From an uncultured bacterium (GTDB taxonomy: Bacteria > Fermentibacterota > Fermentibacteria > Fermentibacterales > JCC-6), in assembly GCA_964423505.1 (NCBI GenBank), contig CAYREX010000006.1, positions 930 through 64,929 of the forward strand: a stretch of 64,000 bases of DNA. Direction: 5' to 3'. The stretch's first letter is position 1. Every line of letters starts with the position of its first letter. Of this stretch, positions 6,136 to 15,531 are shown in pieces. Position numbers and translations under genes: made by a program. A model generated the notes under the pieces. It was not told the origin of the DNA. It did not search any database and saw only the letters and a program-made list of their open reading frames with translations.

Positions 6136-6180
6136 AACAACAGCATGCAGTAGGCAACCTGCTGATGCTGAGAGTGTCGA
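6136..6180 (+). repeat. Degenerate terminal attC-like element at the array/core junction
   Basis: AACAACAGCATGCAGTAGG..CCTGCTGATGCTG is a partial palindrome. No clean GTT right end. The GC-rich core sequence begins just after. Confidence 0.35.
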
Positions 6181-6280
6181 CTCGCTTGACCACTGGCGTG
6201 ACATCCGGTCCGGAGCTCGAGAGGTCTGTGGGTACTCATCGCCGGCGACGGATGGAGGCGGTCCTGAGGACCGCTGCGCT

Positions 6281-6790
6281 TCAGCGCTTGTAGCCTATCC
6301 TGTGGAGAAGCTCTATGCGGTTCTGGCGGTCCTCGTCTATCTCCACCGCCTGGGGTGGCTCGCCGTCTATCACGCCGAGGACGCCTCCGCCCTGGTCGGT
6401 CCTGGCCCTGATGACCTGGAGCGGGTTGGCGGTGGCGCAGAAGATGCGGCAGACCTCCTGGGTCTGCTTGATGCGGTTCAGGACCTGGATGGGGTAGGTC
6501 CCGTGGAGGACGATGAGGAAGGTGTGGCCGCAGGCGAGGTCGAGGATGTTCCTCTCGGCTATCTGCCGCAGCTCCAGGTCGGTGCCGTCGCTCCGTACCA
6601 GCCTGGGGCCGGAGGCCTCGGCGAAGGCGATTCCGAAGGCCGCGCCGGGGACGGCGGTGGCGATGGCCTCGTAGAGGTCCTCGACGGTCTTGATGAAGTG
6701 GGACTGGCCGAGGATGACGTTGCAGCCCTCGGGGAAGTCCAGCGGGACTACATCCAGGTCTATCGTGCCGGTCGTCTCGATTCCGTTCAT
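6281..6790 (-). CDS. Adenosine-specific kinase-like protein (DUF355 family), 169 aa
   Basis: Size and overall pattern resemble the small adenosine-specific kinase family. RBS ggaggag upstream. The assignment is tentative. Confidence 0.4.
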   Translation of the reverse strand: MNGIETTGTIDLDVVPLDFPEGCNVILGQSHFIKTVEDLYEAIATAVPGAAFGIAFAEASGPRLVRSDGTDLELRQIAERNILDLACGHTFLIVLHGTYPIQVLNRIKQTQEVCRIFCATANPLQVIRARTDQGGGVLGVIDGEPPQAVEIDEDRQNRIELLHRIGYKR

Positions 6791-6809
6791 GTCTCCTCCG
6801 CGGGTGCTT

Positions 6810-8228
6810 CTAGTAGCGCCTGCGCTTCCTGGCCGAGGGGATGCCCAGGTCGGCGCGGTAGTTGGCCACGGTCCGGCGCTTGACCTCCATGCCCGCCTCC
6901 GCTAGGAGCTCGGCGAGCTTCGCGTCGGAGAGCGGGGCCTTCTTGTCCTCGTCCTCTATCAGCATCCTGAGCTCCTCCTTCACGGTCCTGCTGGAGACGG
7001 TGCCGCTCTCGGCGGGCACGCCCCGGGAGAAGAAGAAGCGCATCTCGTGTATGCCCTTGGGCGACTGGACGTACTTGCCGTTGATGGCCCGGCTTATGGT
7101 GGACTGGTTGTAGCCCAGGGCGTCGGCGACGTTCTGGAGGGTGAGGGGCCTCAGGTCCTCTATGCCGTTCTCGAAGAAGCCGGCCTGGTAGTCCGCCAGG
7201 AAATCCCCTATGCGGGTGACCGTCTCCTGGCGCTGCATGATGGAGCGGATGAACCAGGAGGCGCGCTGGAACTTCTTCTTGACGTACTCCCTGGCGTCGT
7301 CTGAGGAGCTGGGGGACTCCAGTATGCGTCGGTTCCTGGCGGAGATGGAGAGGGTGGGGAAGCGGTTGTCGTTCAGGGTGGCGACGAACCTGTCCCCCAC
7401 CCTGGTGATGATGATGTCCGGGATGACCGCGGCGTTGCTGCCGGAGTGGAAGATTCCGCCGGGCCAGGGGTTCAGCCGGGAGACGGCGTCCAGCGCCTCC
7501 TGGACCCGCTGGGGGGTCTCCCCCAGGGCCTCGGCAATGGCCCTTATCCTGTGCTCGGCCATCTCGTAGAAGTAGTCGGAGACCATCCTGCGCTCCACGC
7601 TGCCCTCGTCGTAGCCCAGCCGCTCCAGCTGCAGGTCCAGCGCCTCGGAGACGGTGCCGGAGCCGACGCCTACCGGGTCCATCTCCCTGACCACCTCCAG
7701 GGCCCTGCGTAGCAGCTCCCTGTCCCCCTCCCACCCGGCCTCCAGCTCGTACTCCGGGAGGGAGAGCAGGCCGTGGTGGTCCAGGGAGTAGACGACGTAG
7801 ATGACAGCCTCCTCCAGGTCCCTGCGGAGGTTCAGGTCGTAGACCTGCTCAAGCAGGTGCTCGTAGAGGGTCTTCTCGGCCACCGGCTCCGGGGTCCAGG
7901 GCTCGTCGTCCTCGCTCCAGGTGGCCGAGGGGCCCTCGCCGGTGTGCTCCTCTATCTTCCGGAGGATGTCCAGCGGGTCGCTCTCCTCGCTGTCGCTCCT
8001 GGAGGGCTCCTCGTCCCAGTCGCTCTCCTCGGCCTCCGCCTCGGTCTCCTGGGTCTCCTCCCGCTCCTGCTCCAGTAGGGGGTTCTCCTGGAGCTCCTGG
8101 GAGATGAGGTTCTCCAGCTCCTGAGAGGGGAGCTGGAGTATCTCCAGGGCCTGGCGTATCTTCTGGGTGAGGACCAGCTTCTGGGTCTGGGCCAGCCTGG
8201 CCTGCTGCTGAAGCTTCATCCTCGGCAT
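6810..8228 (-). CDS. rpoN: RNA polymerase sigma-54 factor RpoN
   Basis: C-terminal RpoN box RRTVANYR, an HTH and a core-binding region. Start placed at MPRMKLQQQARLAQTQKL, the conserved N-terminus. The upstream Arg/Gly-rich extension of the ORF is rejected. Confidence 0.9.
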   Translation of the reverse strand: MPRMKLQQQARLAQTQKLVLTQKIRQALEILQLPSQELENLISQELQENPLLEQEREETQETEAEAEESDWDEEPSRSDSEESDPLDILRKIEEHTGEGPSATWSEDDEPWTPEPVAEKTLYEHLLEQVYDLNLRRDLEEAVIYVVYSLDHHGLLSLPEYELEAGWEGDRELLRRALEVVREMDPVGVGSGTVSEALDLQLERLGYDEGSVERRMVSDYFYEMAEHRIRAIAEALGETPQRVQEALDAVSRLNPWPGGIFHSGSNAAVIPDIIITRVGDRFVATLNDNRFPTLSISARNRRILESPSSSDDAREYVKKKFQRASWFIRSIMQRQETVTRIGDFLADYQAGFFENGIEDLRPLTLQNVADALGYNQSTISRAINGKYVQSPKGIHEMRFFFSRGVPAESGTVSSRTVKEELRMLIEDEDKKAPLSDAKLAELLAEAGMEVKRRTVANYRADLGIPSARKRRRY

Positions 8229-8230
8229 CT

Positions 8231-8965
8231 CTAGAGCCTGAACCTCTCTCCCAGGTATATCTTCCTCGCCTCCGGGTCCTCCGCCAGCTCGGTGGCGGAG
8301 CCTGAGATGAGAATCCTCCCGTCGTACATGATATACGCCCTGTCGGTTATCTCCAGGGTCTCCCGGACGTTGTGGTCGGTGATGAGTATGCCCAGCCCCT
8401 TCTCCCTGAGGCCGCCGACGATGGACTGTATGTCGGCGACGGCTATGGGGTCTATGCCTGCGAACGGCTCGTCGAGGAGCAGGAATGCCGGGTTGGTGAC
8501 CAGCGCCCTCGCTATCTCCACCCTCCTGCGCTCGCCGCCGGAGAGGGTGTAGGCCTTCTGGGTCCTGACCCGCTCTATGCCCAGCTCCCCCAGGAGCTGA
8601 TCGCACCTCCGCCTCCGCTCCCTGCGGCCCAGGCCGGTGGTCTCCAGGATGCTCATGAGGTTGTCCTCGACGGTCATCTTGCGGAAGACGCTGGACTCCT
8701 GCGGGAGGTAGCCTATCCCGAGCCTGCAGCGCCTGTACATGGGCAGCCTGGTTATCGGCCTCTCGTCCAGGAAGACCTCACCCTCGTCCGGGCGGATGAA
8801 GCCTACTATCTGGTTGAAGGTGGTGGTCTTGCCGGCGCCGTTCGGACCTAGGAGGCCGACCACCTCCCCCCTGGCGACGGAGACGGAGACCCTGTCCACC
8901 ACCGCCCTGCGGCGGTAGCGCTTCACCAGGTCGCTCGTCCTGAGAACCCTCGGCCCTTCCGGCAT
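8231..8965 (-). CDS. lptB: LPS export ABC transporter ATP-binding protein LptB
   Basis: Walker [12 protein letters not shown], signature [15 protein letters not shown], and a position immediately upstream of rpoN. Start at [13 protein letters not shown]. Confidence 0.9.
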   Translation of the reverse strand: MPEGPRVLRTSDLVKRYRRRAVVDRVSVSVARGEVVGLLGPNGAGKTTTFNQIVGFIRPDEGEVFLDERPITRLPMYRRCRLGIGYLPQESSVFRKMTVEDNLMSILETTGLGRRERRRRCDQLLGELGIERVRTQKAYTLSGGERRRVEIARALVTNPAFLLLDEPFAGIDPIAVADIQSIVGGLREKGLGILITDHNVRETLEITDRAYIMYDGRILISGSATELAEDPEARKIYLGERFRL

Positions 8966-10014
8966 CAGATGGAGCCCTCCCTGTAGCTGTAGGTCCCCGA
9001 CACGGTGCCGCTGACCCTGATGAGCCCGACGGAGCCGTCCTCGAAGCCTATCTCGAAGAGGTCGCCCCGGACCGTGTTCATCTCCTCCCGGGCGGCGGCC
9101 TCCCCCCCGCTGTCCACCGTGAGGCTGGCCGCTCCCCAGATGGAGATGGAGTCCGGCTCCTCGTCGGTGAAGGCGAAGTAGGCGCTCTCCGAGTCGAACC
9201 ATGTCTCCGAGGGGGGCGATACGCCGTCGTCCAGGAAGTGCCCGCTGGCGGCCCCCTCCACCCGGACGGTGGAGCGGCCGCTCCCCTCGTCCATGGTCAG
9301 CTCCATCCAGTCGCCGGAGAGCTCACCGTCCGGTGTGGTGAGCACCGGGGAGCCGAACAGCTCGAACCGCTCGTCGTTCCCCATGTAGATCAGGTACTCC
9401 GCCGTGGCGGTCAGCTCCCGGGCGGGCATGAGAACAAGGGCGTCGCCCTGGGCCTCGGCCCTGTTGCTGTCCGGCAGGAACTCCAGCCTGTCGGCGGTGA
9501 CCGTGAGGCTGTCGCCGTCCTCCACCCTGCGAAGTACCGGGTCGACGGTGACGAAGAGGCTGCCCCTCTCCCTGTCGTACATGGCGTACTCCCCCTCGAC
9601 GGTTCCGAGCCAGGGGCCGGTCATCACCACCGAGTCGGTGGCAACGGCCTTGCCGGAGCTGCGGAAGTAGACCACCTCCCTCGCCTCCACCACGCTCTCC
9701 CCGTCGGTGAGGGTGACGTTGCCGGTCATGGTCATGATGCCGGTCTCCCGGCTGTACTCCAGCATGTCGGAGGTGCCCGAGAGGGTATCCGTCACCACCT
9801 CGACGTTCGAGTGGAAGACGGCGTCGCCGGCCTGCTGCCAGACGGTGCCGGAGTCGGAGGTGACGGTGACCTCTCCGTCGGTGACGGAGACGTTGCCCCA
9901 CATGTCCAGCCTGACCTCTCCCCCCTCCAGCTCAACCCCGGTGGCCCGGTCGGCGGAGACGGTGTAGACGTCCTGCGAGGCCAGCAGGGCGGCGGCCAGC
10001 AGCAGCTCAGTCAA
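8965..10014 (-). CDS. lptA: LptA/OstA-like periplasmic protein (tandem OstA N-terminal-like beta-jellyroll)
   Basis: Signal peptide and a repetitive beta-rich sequence. Position between lptC-like and lptB matches the conserved lptC-lptA-lptB order. Confidence 0.5.
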   Translation of the reverse strand: MTELLLAAALLASQDVYTVSADRATGVELEGGEVRLDMWGNVSVTDGEVTVTSDSGTVWQQAGDAVFHSNVEVVTDTLSGTSDMLEYSRETGIMTMTGNVTLTDGESVVEAREVVYFRSSGKAVATDSVVMTGPWLGTVEGEYAMYDRERGSLFVTVDPVLRRVEDGDSLTVTADRLEFLPDSNRAEAQGDALVLMPARELTATAEYLIYMGNDERFELFGSPVLTTPDGELSGDWMELTMDEGSGRSTVRVEGAASGHFLDDGVSPPSETWFDSESAYFAFTDEEPDSISIWGAASLTVDSGGEAAAREEMNTVRGDLFEIGFEDGSVGLIRVSGTVSGTYSYREGSI

Positions 10015-10573
10015 TCTCCAGCTCCCCGGTGCGGACCGCGGTGAAGTCCTCCTCTATGTCCACTCCCTCGGCGGCGTCCAGGCCGGTGTCCAGGTCCACG
10101 TCCCTGCCGGAGAGGACCGTCCAGCCGACGGAGTCGGGGACGGTGAGCACCACCAGGCAGTCGCTGTGCATTATCCCGAGGCTGTCTATCCAGATTATCT
10201 CCTCGGTCTCCATGTGCCTGTCGTCGTTGGTCTCGGCCTGGACGTCGCCCCATATCCGAAGCAGGCCGGAGCCGAGCTCCACCCGGCCCGAGTCGCCGGT
10301 GAGGACCGTGGTGGGGATGTCCTCCTCGAAGAAGGTGAGGTCGACCACGGAGAGGACCACCACGCTGTCTCCGTCGCCGTAGACCGCTCTCTCGCTCTCC
10401 AGCAGCCAGGCCCTCTCCCCCAGCTCGGACTGGACCAGGACGAAGTCGCTCACCACCTGGCCGGGGCCCTCCTCCGGGTCCATCTCCACCGGCTCGCCGC
10501 TACCGCACGACGTCGCCAGGAGCAGGGCGGTGAGCCCAGCGGCGATGTATCCAGACCCACTGCTCGGGATCAT
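10007..10573 (-). CDS. lptC: LptC-like lipoprotein
   Basis: Lipobox LLLATSCGSG, ~188 aa, synteny upstream of lptA. Confidence 0.4.
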   Translation of the reverse strand: MIPSSGSGYIAAGLTALLLATSCGSGEPVEMDPEEGPGQVVSDFVLVQSELGERAWLLESERAVYGDGDSVVVLSVVDLTFFEEDIPTTVLTGDSGRVELGSGLLRIWGDVQAETNDDRHMETEEIIWIDSLGIMHSDCLVVLTVPDSVGWTVLSGRDVDLDTGLDAAEGVDIEEDFTAVRTGELEID

Positions 10574-11408
10574 CCCTTATCCAGCCCTCCATCCGGCGGC
10601 TCGCGCGTGCCGTCAGCTCCAGCGGGGCGTCGGGGCCGGTGAGCCCCTCCGTCTCCAGCTCTCCGTCTATCTCCAGGATGTAGCTCAGGTCCTCCCTCCG
10701 CGCTATGTGGAGGGTGAGGACCGGGACCCCGAAGCGTAGGGCGATGCGGGCGGGCCCCAGCGGGGTCCTGGCCGGCACGCCCAGGAACCTGACGAAGCCG
10801 CTCTCGGCGCCCCTCGTGTCCTGGTCGATCAAGATACCAACGGCGGTCCCGGCCCGCAACAATCCCATGAGCCTTGCGGTGCCGGATCCCCGGTCAACCA
10901 CCGCCGCGCCCTGCCCCCTCCGGAGGTCGTCCATCATGGCGGAGACGTCCGGGTGCGAGAGCCTGCGGCCGACGACCCCGACCGGGTGGCCGAGGAGGGC
11001 CACCGCCCTGGGGATGAGCTCCCAGGAGGAGTAGTGGGCGGTGAGGGCCAGGCAGCCGCGTCCCCTCTCCAGCGCCCCGGCCATGTGCTCCTCTCCCCGG
11101 ACCTCCACCAGCTCCCGGAAGAAGCCGTCCGGCCGGCCCGTCAGGTGGAGGAAGTCCAGCACGCCGAAGAGGATGCTCCTGAGCACCTGGAAGTCGGTGG
11201 CCTCCAGGCCGAGCGGCTCCATGACCGTCCGCCTGTGCCTCCGCATGGTGCGCAGGCTGCGGGAGGGTAGTGCCGAGGCGGGGGCGGCCATGGCGCCGGA
11301 GAGCTCCCAGAGCTCCTCCCTGCGGAGCGACCTGGCGGTCCTCACCAGCAGTCGCGCCACCGCCGGGGAGAGGGCGTGGCGGAGGCGGCGGAGGGGGATG
11401 CGGGACAT
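10500..11408 (-). CDS. Lipid A biosynthesis acyltransferase (LpxL/HtrB lysophospholipid acyltransferase family)
   Basis: Overall length and pattern of late lipid A acyltransferases (HYSSWE, and an ILIDQD region) and its position in the Kdo/Lpt cluster. The start is uncertain. Confidence 0.55.
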   Translation of the reverse strand: MSRIPLRRLRHALSPAVARLLVRTARSLRREELWELSGAMAAPASALPSRSLRTMRRHRRTVMEPLGLEATDFQVLRSILFGVLDFLHLTGRPDGFFRELVEVRGEEHMAGALERGRGCLALTAHYSSWELIPRAVALLGHPVGVVGRRLSHPDVSAMMDDLRRGQGAAVVDRGSGTARLMGLLRAGTAVGILIDQDTRGAESGFVRFLGVPARTPLGPARIALRFGVPVLTLHIARREDLSYILEIDGELETEGLTGPDAPLELTARASRRMEGWIRDDPEQWVWIHRRWAHRPAPGDVVR

Positions 11409-11414
11409 GTGGGG

Positions 11415-12377
11415 CTAGGCCGGGCCGGCCCTGAGGACGTCGTGGAGGTAGATTATCCCCACCGGGATGCGCTCCCCGTCCACGGCTATCAGGGAGGTCA
11501 CGCCGGCGTCCTCCATCCGGGAGACGGCTACGGCGGCGGGGTCCTTCGGCGAGCAGACCAGGGGGTCCGGAACCAGGACCTCGGAGAGCCGGAGGTTCAG
11601 GATGTCGGCCCTGTCGCGCATGAGCCTGCCCAGGTCGCCGTACACGAAGATGCCTTCCAGCCGGCCCTCCCCGTCCACGGTCATGCAGACGCCCCTGTGG
11701 GTGGTCATCGCCTCCACGGCCTCGGTCAGGGGGGAATCCGCTGGCACGACCGGCAGCGGGGGGCCGACCATCAGGTCGGAGACCCGGAGGAGGAGCTTCC
11801 TGCCCAGCACGCCTCCCGGGTGCACCCTGGCGAAGTCGTCGGGCGAGAAGTCGTGCATGCGGAGCAGGGCCATGGCCAGGGCGTCGCCCAGGGCCATCAT
11901 GGAGGTGGTGCTGGCGGTGGGGGCCAGGTCGTAGGGGCAGGCCTCCTGTCCCTCCGGGAGCCCGAGGACGACGTCCGCCGCCCTGCCCAGGACCGAGTCC
12001 GGGGCGCAGGTGATGGCTATCATCGGTATGGAGAGCCGCCTGAAGGACGGCAGGAGGGCGGCCATCTCCGGCGTCTCCCCGCTCTTGGAGAGGAGCAGCA
12101 CCACGTCCCCACGGGCAAGTATGCCGAGGTCGCCGTGGGCGCCCTCGCCGGCGTGCAGGAAGTGGGCCGGGGTGCCGGTGCTGGTCATGGTGGCGGCTAT
12201 CTTCCGGGCCACCAGCCCGGACTTGCCCACTCCGCAGACCACCAGCTTGCCCGGGGCCGCCGCGATCGTCTCCACCGCACGGGGAAAGCTCTCCTCCACC
12301 AGCCCGGCGGTCTCCCTTATCCAGCCCGCCTCTATCTCCAGGACCCGGAGCGCCTCGGCGTAAGGGTCGACGGTCAC
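11415..12377 (-). CDS. kdsD: Arabinose-5-phosphate isomerase KdsD/KpsF (SIS + tandem CBS domains)
   Basis: SIS-domain motifs (VVCGVGKSGLVARKIAATM) followed by CBS-like repeats; coupled to kdsC. Confidence 0.85.
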   Translation of the reverse strand: MTVDPYAEALRVLEIEAGWIRETAGLVEESFPRAVETIAAAPGKLVVCGVGKSGLVARKIAATMTSTGTPAHFLHAGEGAHGDLGILARGDVVLLLSKSGETPEMAALLPSFRRLSIPMIAITCAPDSVLGRAADVVLGLPEGQEACPYDLAPTASTTSMMALGDALAMALLRMHDFSPDDFARVHPGGVLGRKLLLRVSDLMVGPPLPVVPADSPLTEAVEAMTTHRGVCMTVDGEGRLEGIFVYGDLGRLMRDRADILNLRLSEVLVPDPLVCSPKDPAAVAVSRMEDAGVTSLIAVDGERIPVGIIYLHDVLRAGPA

Positions 12378-12856
12378 GGCAGCATCCCTATCACCTCGGC
12401 CACCGCGCCCCGTCCTCCCGGGGCCTCCGCCACTATGTCGCAGGCCTCCATGACCTCCGGATGGGCGTCGGCCGGGCAGGCGGAGACGCCGGCCATGAGC
12501 ATGGCCGGGAGGTCGAGCCTGCCGTCGCCCATGAAGAGCGCCTCATCCGGTGCGATGCCCAGCAGGCCGCAGAGGTCCCGGAGCGCATCGTCCTTGGCCG
12601 CGGCGCCCAGGCAGAGCAGCTCGATGCCGAGGTCCCGGGCCCGCCTCCTGGTGGCGGGGAAGTCCCTGAAGGAGACAAGGGCGACCGGCATGCCGGCATC
12701 GATGAGCTCCATCACCGCGGCGCCGTCCCTGGCGCCGAAGCGCTGGTGGACGCCGTCAGGGCCGTAGACGAGGCCGCCGTCGGTAAGGGTGCCGTCGACA
12801 TCCAGGGCCACCAGCCGCACACGGGCCAGCCGCTCCCTCAGCTCCTCAGTCGCCAT
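12374..12856 (-). CDS. kdsC: 3-deoxy-D-manno-octulosonate 8-phosphate phosphatase KdsC (HAD family)
   Basis: HAD motif LVALDVDGTLTDG, ~160 aa, synteny. Confidence 0.8.
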   Translation of the reverse strand: MATEELRERLARVRLVALDVDGTLTDGGLVYGPDGVHQRFGARDGAAVMELIDAGMPVALVSFRDFPATRRRARDLGIELLCLGAAAKDDALRDLCGLLGIAPDEALFMGDGRLDLPAMLMAGVSACPADAHPEVMEACDIVAEAPGGRGAVAEVIGMLP

Positions 12857-13616
12857 GCCTGCCCTCCCAGTGGTCGAGGGAGCCGCGGACTAGACGGTCC
12901 AGCCCGGGCAGGTCGAGCATCACCGCGCTGTCGCTCAGCGCCTCGCCCGGCCTCGGGTGAGCCTCCGCGAAGATGCCGTCCACCCCCCATGCGGCTCCCG
13001 CCCTGGCCAGCCGGAGCGCCGGGGAGCGGTCGCCGCCGCTCTCCGGGGAGCCGGTGGAGGGGCGCTGGAGTGAGTGGGTCACGTCCAGGACTACCCTGTC
13101 GGCCAGTCCGGCCATGACGTCCAGGCTCCTCAGGTCCACCACGAGGTCGCCGTAGCCGAAGAAGGTGCCCCTCTCGGTGAGCCAGACCTCCGGGCAGCCG
13201 CCGCGCCTGAGCTTCTCCGCGGCGCCGGCCATGCCGCCGGGAGCCATGAACTGGCCCTTCTTGACGTTGACCGGCAGGCCGGTGGCGCCGGCCGCCTCCA
13301 GCAGGGAGGTCTGCCTGCAGAGGAAGGCTGGCACCTGCAGGACGTCGACCGCCTCCGCGGCTGCCTCCGCCTGCCCGGGCAGGTGCACGTCGGTGATGGT
13401 CCGCACTCCGGTCTCGCGGCGCACCGCCCGGAGGATGTCCAGGCCGGCATCGAGGCCCGGCCCCCTGTAGGTGCCGGCGCTGGAGCGGTTGTCCTTCAGG
13501 AAGGAGCCCTTGAAGACCCAGTCCACCGGCCGGTCCAGCCCGGAGAAGAGCCGGGAGGCGTGCCGGGCCACCTCCATGGCCACATCCATGGACTCGAGGC
13601 TGCACGGCCCGACCAC
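12846..13616 (-). CDS. kdsA: 2-dehydro-3-deoxyphosphooctonate aldolase KdsA
   Basis: Strong KDO8P synthase signature throughout (GPCSLES, FKGSFLKDNRSS, and a DVTHSLQ region). Confidence 0.9.
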   Translation of the reverse strand: MVGPCSLESMDVAMEVARHASRLFSGLDRPVDWVFKGSFLKDNRSSAGTYRGPGLDAGLDILRAVRRETGVRTITDVHLPGQAEAAAEAVDVLQVPAFLCRQTSLLEAAGATGLPVNVKKGQFMAPGGMAGAAEKLRRGGCPEVWLTERGTFFGYGDLVVDLRSLDVMAGLADRVVLDVTHSLQRPSTGSPESGGDRSPALRLARAGAAWGVDGIFAEAHPRPGEALSDSAVMLDLPGLDRLVRGSLDHWEGRHGD

Positions 13617-13629
13617 GAACAGCGGCGGC

Positions 13630-14367
13630 CTACTCCCCGGTGTCGAAATGCCGCACCGCCCTCTCCAGGTCCTCCGGGGTGTCCACCCCGATGCCTTCGA
13701 AGTCGCCCTGCGCCACCAGCAGGGCGATCCCGGCCTCCATCCACGCCAGCTGCTCCAGGCTCTCCGCCCTCGAGAGCCGGGTGGGAGGGCTCTCCGCGCA
13801 GGCCTTCAGCGACTCGGGCGTGAAGCAGTATACGCCGATGTGCTCCAGGAAGCACGAGGCGCCGCCGGGTACCGGCGAGCGGGAGAAGCGGAGCGCCCTG
13901 CCGGAGTCGCCGAGGGCGACCTTCACGGAGCCGGCGTCGGTCTCGGCGCCGGGCGGCGCCGGCCTGGCCAGGGTGCCGACCGCCGGAGCCTCGGACTCGA
14001 GCGGCAGCGAGAGGAGGGCGTCCAGCCAGTGACGGGCGACCATGGGCTCGTCGCCCTGCACGTTCACTATGCGTCCGCCCGGACGGCCCAGGCTCTCCCA
14101 TGCCATGAAGACCCGCTCGGTGCCCGAGCCCGCCGGGCCGGTGAGGACCGCCTCGAAGCCGTCCGCCTCCGCCACCCGGGCTATGTCTTCGTAGTCGGTT
14201 GCCAGGACCACGCGATCGAGGCCGCAGCGGGAGAGCGCACGTAGCACCCTGAGCACCAGCGGGACCCCGGCGACGTCCAGCAGCGGCTTCCCGGGGAGCC
14301 TGACGGACCCCCTCCTCGCCGGCACTATAGCTACGGAGGCGGGGGCGGCTCTCAGTCCCCCAGCCAT
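13630..14367 (-). CDS. kdsB: 3-deoxy-manno-octulosonate cytidylyltransferase KdsB
   Basis: IVPARRGSVRLPGKPLLDVAGVPL and a QGDEP motif. Internal start at MAGGLRAAPASVAIVPAR is chosen; the 474-aa upstream extension is rejected. Confidence 0.8.
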   Translation of the reverse strand: MAGGLRAAPASVAIVPARRGSVRLPGKPLLDVAGVPLVLRVLRALSRCGLDRVVLATDYEDIARVAEADGFEAVLTGPAGSGTERVFMAWESLGRPGGRIVNVQGDEPMVARHWLDALLSLPLESEAPAVGTLARPAPPGAETDAGSVKVALGDSGRALRFSRSPVPGGASCFLEHIGVYCFTPESLKACAESPPTRLSRAESLEQLAWMEAGIALLVAQGDFEGIGVDTPEDLERAVRHFDTGE

Positions 14368-15440
14368 CTCTCCGATGTCCAGAGACCCAGGTAGACGGTG
14401 GTCTCCTCCCTGTCGTCGCCCTCCTCGGTCCAGTACTGGTAGCCTACGGCCACGTCCAGGCCGGCGCTGCCGCCGCCGAAGACGTAGCCGGCGCCCAGGG
14501 TGAAGGCGTTCGCCCCGTCCCGCCAGAGGCCGCTCACCCGGTTGTAGCCGGCCCTGGCCGACAGGCCGGCGGGGAGCAGGACCTCGGTGCCGGCGGAGAG
14601 GACGGTACCCCCGTCCATCCGGTTGCCGGCTATGTTGAGGGCCTTCCGGGCGAAGAGGTCTACGCCGAGCAGAACACGCGGGTGGGGCCTCAGGGAGAGG
14701 CCGGTGGTCAGCTCGCCCGGCACGGTGTAGTCGATGGTGGTCGTGTCCTCGCCGGTACCGGAGTAGTCGCGGAGCACCCTGATGTCGGCGCTCCTGTCGG
14801 TCGTGACCGAGAAGCCGAGGCCGACGGGGCCGAGCCTGGCGGAGAGACCGGCGACGGCGCCCCACGCCTGCTCGAAGGTCGCGTCGTCGCGGTAGACGGT
14901 GTTCACCGGGACCGGCGGCTCCGGGTCCGGCTCGGTGAGCACGACGTCGGATACGATGGAGCCGGAGGTGGCCCTGCCGCCCAGGGAGACGGCGAGCCAG
15001 TCGCTGGCGATGAGCGAGAGGCCGAGGTATGTCTCCGTGAGACCGCCCCGCCACTCCAGCTCGCCCGCGTAGTCCTCGAAGGCCATCCCGGCATCCTCGC
15101 TTACCCGGCTGCGTCCGTCCAGCGCCCCCTGCAGCCTGAGGCCGAGGGGAAGGGCCATCTGGGCGCTGACCTCCGGGAAGCCGAGGACCCCGTCCCTGGC
15201 CGGGACGTCGCCGTCGCCGTACATGCCGGCGAAGCCGATGCCGGTGACGCCGGTCCAGGCGGACGCGGCCGGGTTCAGTATGGAGACGGTGGTGGTGTCG
15301 CGGATGCCGGCGCAGATTCCTCCCATGGCGTAGCTCCTCGGTCCCAGCGGCAGTATCTCGTCGCCGGTGCCGCCCGGCGGCGGGACGAAGCCGGGAAAGG
15401 AGCCGGCGGACGCCAGGAGCAGCACGAGCAGAGCGTTCAT
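14352..15440 (-). CDS. Putative outer-membrane beta-barrel protein, 362 aa
   Basis: Signal peptide; Gly/aromatic-rich alternating pattern typical of OM barrels. Family unknown. Confidence 0.4.
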   Translation of the reverse strand: MNALLVLLLASAGSFPGFVPPPGGTGDEILPLGPRSYAMGGICAGIRDTTTVSILNPAASAWTGVTGIGFAGMYGDGDVPARDGVLGFPEVSAQMALPLGLRLQGALDGRSRVSEDAGMAFEDYAGELEWRGGLTETYLGLSLIASDWLAVSLGGRATSGSIVSDVVLTEPDPEPPVPVNTVYRDDATFEQAWGAVAGLSARLGPVGLGFSVTTDRSADIRVLRDYSGTGEDTTTIDYTVPGELTTGLSLRPHPRVLLGVDLFARKALNIAGNRMDGGTVLSAGTEVLLPAGLSARAGYNRVSGLWRDGANAFTLGAGYVFGGGSAGLDVAVGYQYWTEEGDDREETTVYLGLWTSERWLGD

Positions 15441-15531
15441 ATCCGGTAGACCTCCCGTGAGAGCCGTTGCCGCGACAGGCCCCGACGTGGGATGTAGCCC
15501 GCTGCGGGTCGCGTGTTCCAGCGGGGGGCGC

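Larger units (their letters stand above)
1..6180 (+). mobile_element. Integron-like gene cassette array of at least 11 cassettes; no integrase in the window (a sedentary chromosomal integron, or a cluster of attC sites lacking an integrase)
   Basis: Co-directional short gene units, each followed by an imperfect palindrome with AAC at the left end and GTT at the right end. Cargo is mostly toxin-antitoxin pairs. The region is visibly AT-richer than the ~70% GC flank from ~6200 onward. No intI or transposase ORF found in the window. Confidence 0.6.

Noticed and set aside
433-6180. Possibility that the short palindromic repeats form a CRISPR array.
   Set aside because: The repeats are 45-75 bp, imperfectly palindromic and differ from one another. 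They are separated by 300-1000 bp segments that contain genes with promoters. There are no short identical repeats with regular spacers.
1-6180. Calling a complete integron or a transposon/IS element.
   Set aside because: No tyrosine recombinase, transposase, or terminal inverted repeats are visible in the window. Only the cassette array can be supported. An integrase, if present, is off the left edge.
6787-8606. Very long Arg/Gly/Pro-rich ORFs and 5' extensions throughout the GC-rich region. Examples are 6787..7734 (-), the 598-aa version of rpoN, the 323-aa lptB, the 474-aa kdsB, the 549-aa nadA, and the 830-aa mnmA.
   Set aside because: These are open frames expected by chance at ~70% GC. 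Each overlaps or extends a homology-supported gene. Their composition (RGRRGP... runs) is non-protein-like. Internal starts that give canonical N-termini, often overlapping the upstream stop, fit better.
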